Assembly: GCA_964596695.1 (NCBI GenBank)
Contig: CAZQVE010000005.1
Span: 795 to 64,794, forward strand
DNA: 64,000 nt
Direction of reading: 5' to 3'
From: an uncultured Candidatus Saccharibacteria bacterium
GTDB taxonomy: Bacteria; Patescibacteriota; Saccharimonadia; Saccharimonadales; Saccharimonadaceae
Numbering within the stretch: position 1 is the first letter of the stretch; each line of letters starts with the position of its first letter. The notes beneath the pieces were generated by a model that was given only the letters and a program-made list of their open reading frames with translations, was not told the origin of the DNA and did no database searches. Positions 60,030-64,000 of this stretch are shown here, in pieces. The position numbers and the translations under genes are program-made.

Positions 60030-63000
60030 TTAAAAAGGTTTGTAGAGTCCCGATACTAGTATTTCATCTGCAACACGTGCAGTTTCAGAGTAACGATTGT
60101 TATATATATTCAGTGCCATATTTGGTGTTATCTCCTTTGTATAGATCCTAAATTCTCTCATTAATAGTCTTGCAAATCCTGATAAGAGATTGTTCCCCGC
60201 ACAGAATAGTAGATCTTTGTTATTTGTTGGAGTTGGATCAGGTTGTGTCCCAATTGGAGGTTGAAAATCAAATCCTCCCTTCCACATTGTGCCACACAAA
60301 TCCCATGTTCCTTCACCATAATCATCATATGTGGTTCCATTAAATCTAACAACATGACTATTATCTCCGTCATATGATGTGTTTTGTCTTACATTTATCC
60401 CTATTCTTTGTGTTGTGCTACCTCCTTCAAATACAATTGCTACCTTATCATTTACATCTAAAACATAACCGTTATTTGTATTTTCAAAATCTACTGATTC
60501 AAATGTTGGGCCTATTTCTGAGGCAGGTTTGGTTCCAATTGTTACCATAGGTTGATCATCACTTCCTCTATAAACAATACAATGAACGTTTCCTATAACA
60601 GCATCAGGATTTCTTAAAAATACCCTAACTTTTGTTACTTTCTCACCGTCTAATATAGAATCATTTGTGTTTATTTTTTGCGCACATCTAATTCTAGATG
60701 AAAGATCAGGCTCTCCTCCAATATACATTTTACCTGAAATATCTATCTGAGCATTGTCAGAATAGACAGGTGAAGTATAGGTTCCTCCAATAGTTTTAGT
60801 TGTTTCAAATACATCTTTGTTTACCAAAACAGAAACATAATCGGTACCATTTGCCCCACTATATTCTAGACAAACTCTATCATTAAGTTCTACTTGAGTA
60901 GTATTAAAAACGTTATCAAATACAACATCCGCATAACTGGTCGAAAGATCTGCTACGTTTAAGGTCTTGAGAGTAAATCGTTCTGTTCCATCAGATTTTC
61001 TAACAACGCATGTTATATTACCTGTTGGAGAACCTACTTTCTTTAATCGTGGTATTACTTTTGTTAGTTTCTTATGATATAAACTTGAATCTGTAGTCAT
61101 GCATCTTTCATATATTTTAGTACGAGTTGCAGTGAATGTCATGTCCGCATCAAACTCAGAACCTCCAATATAGAACACTCCGGTCATATCAAGAGTTGTA
61201 TAATTTAAAAGATCATTTTCAAATGATTCAAATCCTGGGACGTAACCATATTTTTGAATGAAACTTGCATTACCATTATGATTATCTACAATTCCACTAT
61301 TTGTAAGGACACCAACTTTAGCAGTTGTACTACTTCCCATTCCTTCCCAAAATAACATTATGTTCCATCCACTAACAATGGTTTTTACGTTTGAAGGTAA
61401 TGTGAAAGTATATTCTGTTGTAGTAGTTGGAATAGATGAGATATTTACGGCAGTACCAAATTCAGCTTGAACAACCGATCCCGTATGACCACTACATAAA
61501 TAACATCTTAATGTTCCTGTTGGAGAGCCAACCTTTTTGAGTTTAACTTTAACTTTTGTTGGGATTTGACCAATACAAGTATCACCTGATCCAAATTTTT
61601 GCATAATTCTATCATATCTTAAACTGTTAGAACTACCTGGATTACCAATATTGTGAATATATTCCATATATAAAAAGGGATCACTTGAAGACGTTCCTAA
61701 TCCTGTAGATAATTTAGCTCCTGCATCTCTTCCTGAAGTATCAAAATCAAAATTAGAATCACCCGTGTTTCGTGCTGCTGCCTGTTCATTTGGCATAGGA
61801 TTTCCACTTGATTGTCGTCTAACATGAATTGTATCTCCGTCACTAGGAGCATTATATTCAATACCAATAACCCATCCTGCTTGAACACTTGAAGATCCCC
61901 AATTGAAAGTTGTATTTCTAAATTCATATTCTGTCCAATCAGAACTAACACTAGAAGCATTAAGTGTTCCTAAACTAGAACCATTCCAGTAATCAAGAGT
62001 TGCCACTATTGAACCTGAAGAATTCCATATACGACAATAAACTGAACCCGTAGGGGAACTTTCTGCTTTCAGTTGGAATTTAGCTCTTGTTACCTTTTTC
62101 CCTATTATACTAGATCCTGAACTTACCCCAACACCTCCAGCACTATTATCAGTATCACTTAACTGAATACTGGAATTATCGGATGGCGAATAAGTATAAA
62201 ATTCGGTAAAAGGTTCACCCGAAGACCCACTACCATCAGAAACATCATATATTGCTTCTTCAGGAAAGGATTCATCAGTACCATCAGTAACATCATAAAT
62301 CGAAAAGAATGGAGCTGCACCTTCAATAGAATTAAGCCATACTGTATTAAGATCACTAAAACTACTTGCTAAATTATATACTGATTCAAATGGTATTGGA
62401 ATAGGATCAGGTATTTCAACAGGTTCAGGTTGGGGTTTCTCTGCTTTTGGAAACAAAGGATTATGGTACCCCTCATCTACTAGTCTTTGGGTATCAGTTG
62501 AACCTAATTTTGTGGTAAATACCCTTAGATAGCTAATTGAACCTCTGAATGCTGTATTAGTTCTAAATAATTTTAACGTTCCAGCGGTTGTTATATCTGC
62601 GGGTAAAGTAACACCACTATAAGTTATTCCATTAATTATTAATTGAATTTGTTCATTTGATTTGAATTTTATAACTATGCTATGCCAATCTGTACTGCTA
62701 AACGCATTAGTAACGGTAACTGCGTAAAAGTTACCTCCAGATTTAAATTCTGCTCTTAAATTATTTGAACTTGCAGGACGATACAGAATAAAAGAATTAT
62801 TATTAGAATAATTTTTACTAATGATCCATTCAGAATAAGTTTTTTGGTTAACCATAGTATCAGGTTTTAACATGAAAGATAGGGTATATTCACTAGCAGA
62901 ATCTAATGTTGATAAAGTAGGAAAATTAATTTCACATCCTCCACCGTTACCTGCTGTATTGGAACCAAATGATAGAAATGTATTATTAGTTTGCCATTGA

Positions 63001-63866
63001 CCATTTTCAGGATTACTTAATGTACCATTGAAATTACCTGGAGAAATATCATTAATTATAGTTCTATCCGTTCCGTCACTATTATAGGCTCCATCCTGAA
63101 AAGGAACGTCTAGTATAGGATCAACAATAAAAGCTTGAGTAGAATCAAAAGAATCAGCAGTACCATTAAGCATATAAGAAATTACATTTGTTGTCTTGTT
63201 ATAGATCATCCAATGATCATTAGATTTTCTTATACTACAAATAAGATTAGAAACATATTCTCTATCTGTATTAAAGTTCATAGGATTGTAATTTTCTGCG
63301 TTGAAATCTCCTCCATTTGCTAATTCGTCTTGTAATTGGTCATAGTAAATTCCTTTAAGGAAAAGTGAATACTGTTTGAAGTTACGTTTAATGTAGAAGA
63401 ATAGATCACCTTTATCATTCATGGTTGCTGCATAACCATCTTTGATCTGATCATCATCTACTTTACAATATAGAACTGAAGTTTCTTTACCTACTTGTTT
63501 AGATATTGAAACAGGATTAAATGAATCCATAATAGAGATGTGAGTAACGTTAGAATCAGCAAACATTGGAGCAATTTGTACTTGTGAATTATCTAGAGTA
63601 TATGCAAATTGATCCTGTCCATTAAAAAAAGAATGAAACTCATAACCTAGAACATTTTCATCTATTTTCTTTTTCATTAAGATAGGTATTTGTGTCCATC
63701 CGTAAACCTTTGTAGTGTTCCCATTTCTAGCATAGTCATATAGATTGGCAGCGTTACAAAATTTTATCCACATTCTTAGTTGTTTTGTCCAAGTAGCTCC
63801 TTCTGCCATTCTAAAAATATTGTCTTTTATTTTTAGTGTAGAAGTTGTTCCCAAATCTCGTTCCAT
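60030..63866 (-). CDS. giant LamG/ConA-like protein with four tandem KK-GSPTG domains (5' end may lie beyond the window)
   Basis: At least 1278 aa.
- LamG-like region at aa ~270-455 (FNGTL...WHSIVIKF...RGSISYLRVF).
- Four ~140-aa repeats at aa ~575-1198.
- C-terminal LamG-like end (REFRIYTKEITP).
- The reading frame stays open from 63867 to the window edge at 64000. Confidence 0.65.
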   Translation of the reverse strand: MERDLGTTSTLKIKDNIFRMAEGATWTKQLRMWIKFCNAANLYDYARNGNTTKVYGWTQIPILMKKKIDENVLGYEFHSFFNGQDQFAYTLDNSQVQIAPMFADSNVTHISIMDSFNPVSISKQVGKETSVLYCKVDDDQIKDGYAATMNDKGDLFFYIKRNFKQYSLFLKGIYYDQLQDELANGGDFNAENYNPMNFNTDREYVSNLICSIRKSNDHWMIYNKTTNVISYMLNGTADSFDSTQAFIVDPILDVPFQDGAYNSDGTDRTIINDISPGNFNGTLSNPENGQWQTNNTFLSFGSNTAGNGGGCEINFPTLSTLDSASEYTLSFMLKPDTMVNQKTYSEWIISKNYSNNNSFILYRPASSNNLRAEFKSGGNFYAVTVTNAFSSTDWHSIVIKFKSNEQIQLIINGITYSGVTLPADITTAGTLKLFRTNTAFRGSISYLRVFTTKLGSTDTQRLVDEGYHNPLFPKAEKPQPEPVEIPDPIPIPFESVYNLASSFSDLNTVWLNSIEGAAPFFSIYDVTDGTDESFPEEAIYDVSDGSGSSGEPFTEFYTYSPSDNSSIQLSDTDNSAGGVGVSSGSSIIGKKVTRAKFQLKAESSPTGSVYCRIWNSSGSIVATLDYWNGSSLGTLNASSVSSDWTEYEFRNTTFNWGSSSVQAGWVIGIEYNAPSDGDTIHVRRQSSGNPMPNEQAAARNTGDSNFDFDTSGRDAGAKLSTGLGTSSSDPFLYMEYIHNIGNPGSSNSLRYDRIMQKFGSGDTCIGQIPTKVKVKLKKVGSPTGTLRCYLCSGHTGSVVQAEFGTAVNISSIPTTTTEYTFTLPSNVKTIVSGWNIMLFWEGMGSSTTAKVGVLTNSGIVDNHNGNASFIQKYGYVPGFESFENDLLNYTTLDMTGVFYIGGSEFDADMTFTATRTKIYERCMTTDSSLYHKKLTKVIPRLKKVGSPTGNITCVVRKSDGTERFTLKTLNVADLSTSYADVVFDNVFNTTQVELNDRVCLEYSGANGTDYVSVLVNKDVFETTKTIGGTYTSPVYSDNAQIDISGKMYIGGEPDLSSRIRCAQKINTNDSILDGEKVTKVRVFLRNPDAVIGNVHCIVYRGSDDQPMVTIGTKPASEIGPTFESVDFENTNNGYVLDVNDKVAIVFEGGSTTQRIGINVRQNTSYDGDNSHVVRFNGTTYDDYGEGTWDLCGTMWKGGFDFQPPIGTQPDPTPTNNKDLLFCAGNNLLSGFARLLMREFRIYTKEITPNMALNIYNNRYSETARVADEILVSGLYKPF

Positions 63867-64000
63867 TTCAATATCAAAAATATCAATATTCTCTGGAAGA
63901 TCATCTTCTCCAGAATCAAAAATTTGTTTTTGTGATGTTTCTGCATCGATTAATTTTTGAGATAGGAAGGAAATAACCTTGAAATATTTATTAGTCGATC

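Noticed and set aside
1-64000. Integrase, attachment site, transposase or toxin-antitoxin pair
   Set aside because: No tyrosine or serine recombinase, DDE transposase or recognisable TA motifs were seen in any of the long ORFs. A lysogeny module, if present, lies outside this window.

Overview
This AT-rich 64-kb window (about 28-35% G+C in coding stretches I spot-counted) reads as most of the genome of a head-tailed dsDNA virus or provirus with archaeal-type information-processing genes. All family calls come from motif recognition by eye; no searches were run.

Morphogenesis genes, mostly on the minus strand (about 1-29.8 kb):
- Tail: a ~2000-aa tape measure protein, a putative major tail protein and a 1650-aa tail fibre.
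- Head: an HK97-type capsid module (scaffold/protease, DUF2190-like decoration protein, major capsid protein), a Mu F/SPP1 gp7-like minor head protein and a portal.
- Packaging: the large terminase.

Replication, recombination and nucleotide metabolism:
- An MCM helicase, a RadA recombinase, an Hjc Holliday-junction resolvase and a Cas4-like nuclease.
- A class II ribonucleotide reductase, a tandem-domain ThyX-like protein, two thymidylate-kinase-like proteins, an NT5C-type deoxyribonucleotidase and a dimeric dUTPase-like protein.
- A DRB0094-type RNA ligase.

MCM, RadA, Hjc and TATA-like boxes about 20-35 nt upstream of start codons (leaderless layout) together point to an archaeal host. An AT-rich marine archaeon such as Nitrososphaeria is only a guess.

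Most notable unexplained signals:
1. An 887-nt ORF-free divergent intergenic hub (36524-37410). It holds a 50% G+C block, three perfect 9-bp hairpins, and a nested palindrome/direct-repeat cluster that could be an origin or an operator.
2. A recurrent AACGTT-centred promoter-region motif, plus an identical 13-nt box at identical spacing upstream of two late genes.
3. A (Q/Y)KGA(S/A)FG(G/A)-type peptide motif shared by the capsid, scaffold (twice), portal and minor head proteins. It may be a prohead-protease cleavage or targeting site.
4. A fused two-domain ThyX-like protein with complementary motif decay in its two halves.
5. An expanded set of lectin/jelly-roll/LamG proteins, including an unrecognised ~140-aa 'KK-GSPTG' domain present in five copies.
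6. A swarm of mini zinc-ribbon ORFs below the 60-aa ORF-track threshold.

No integrase, tRNA, rRNA, CRISPR array or transposon was recognised.
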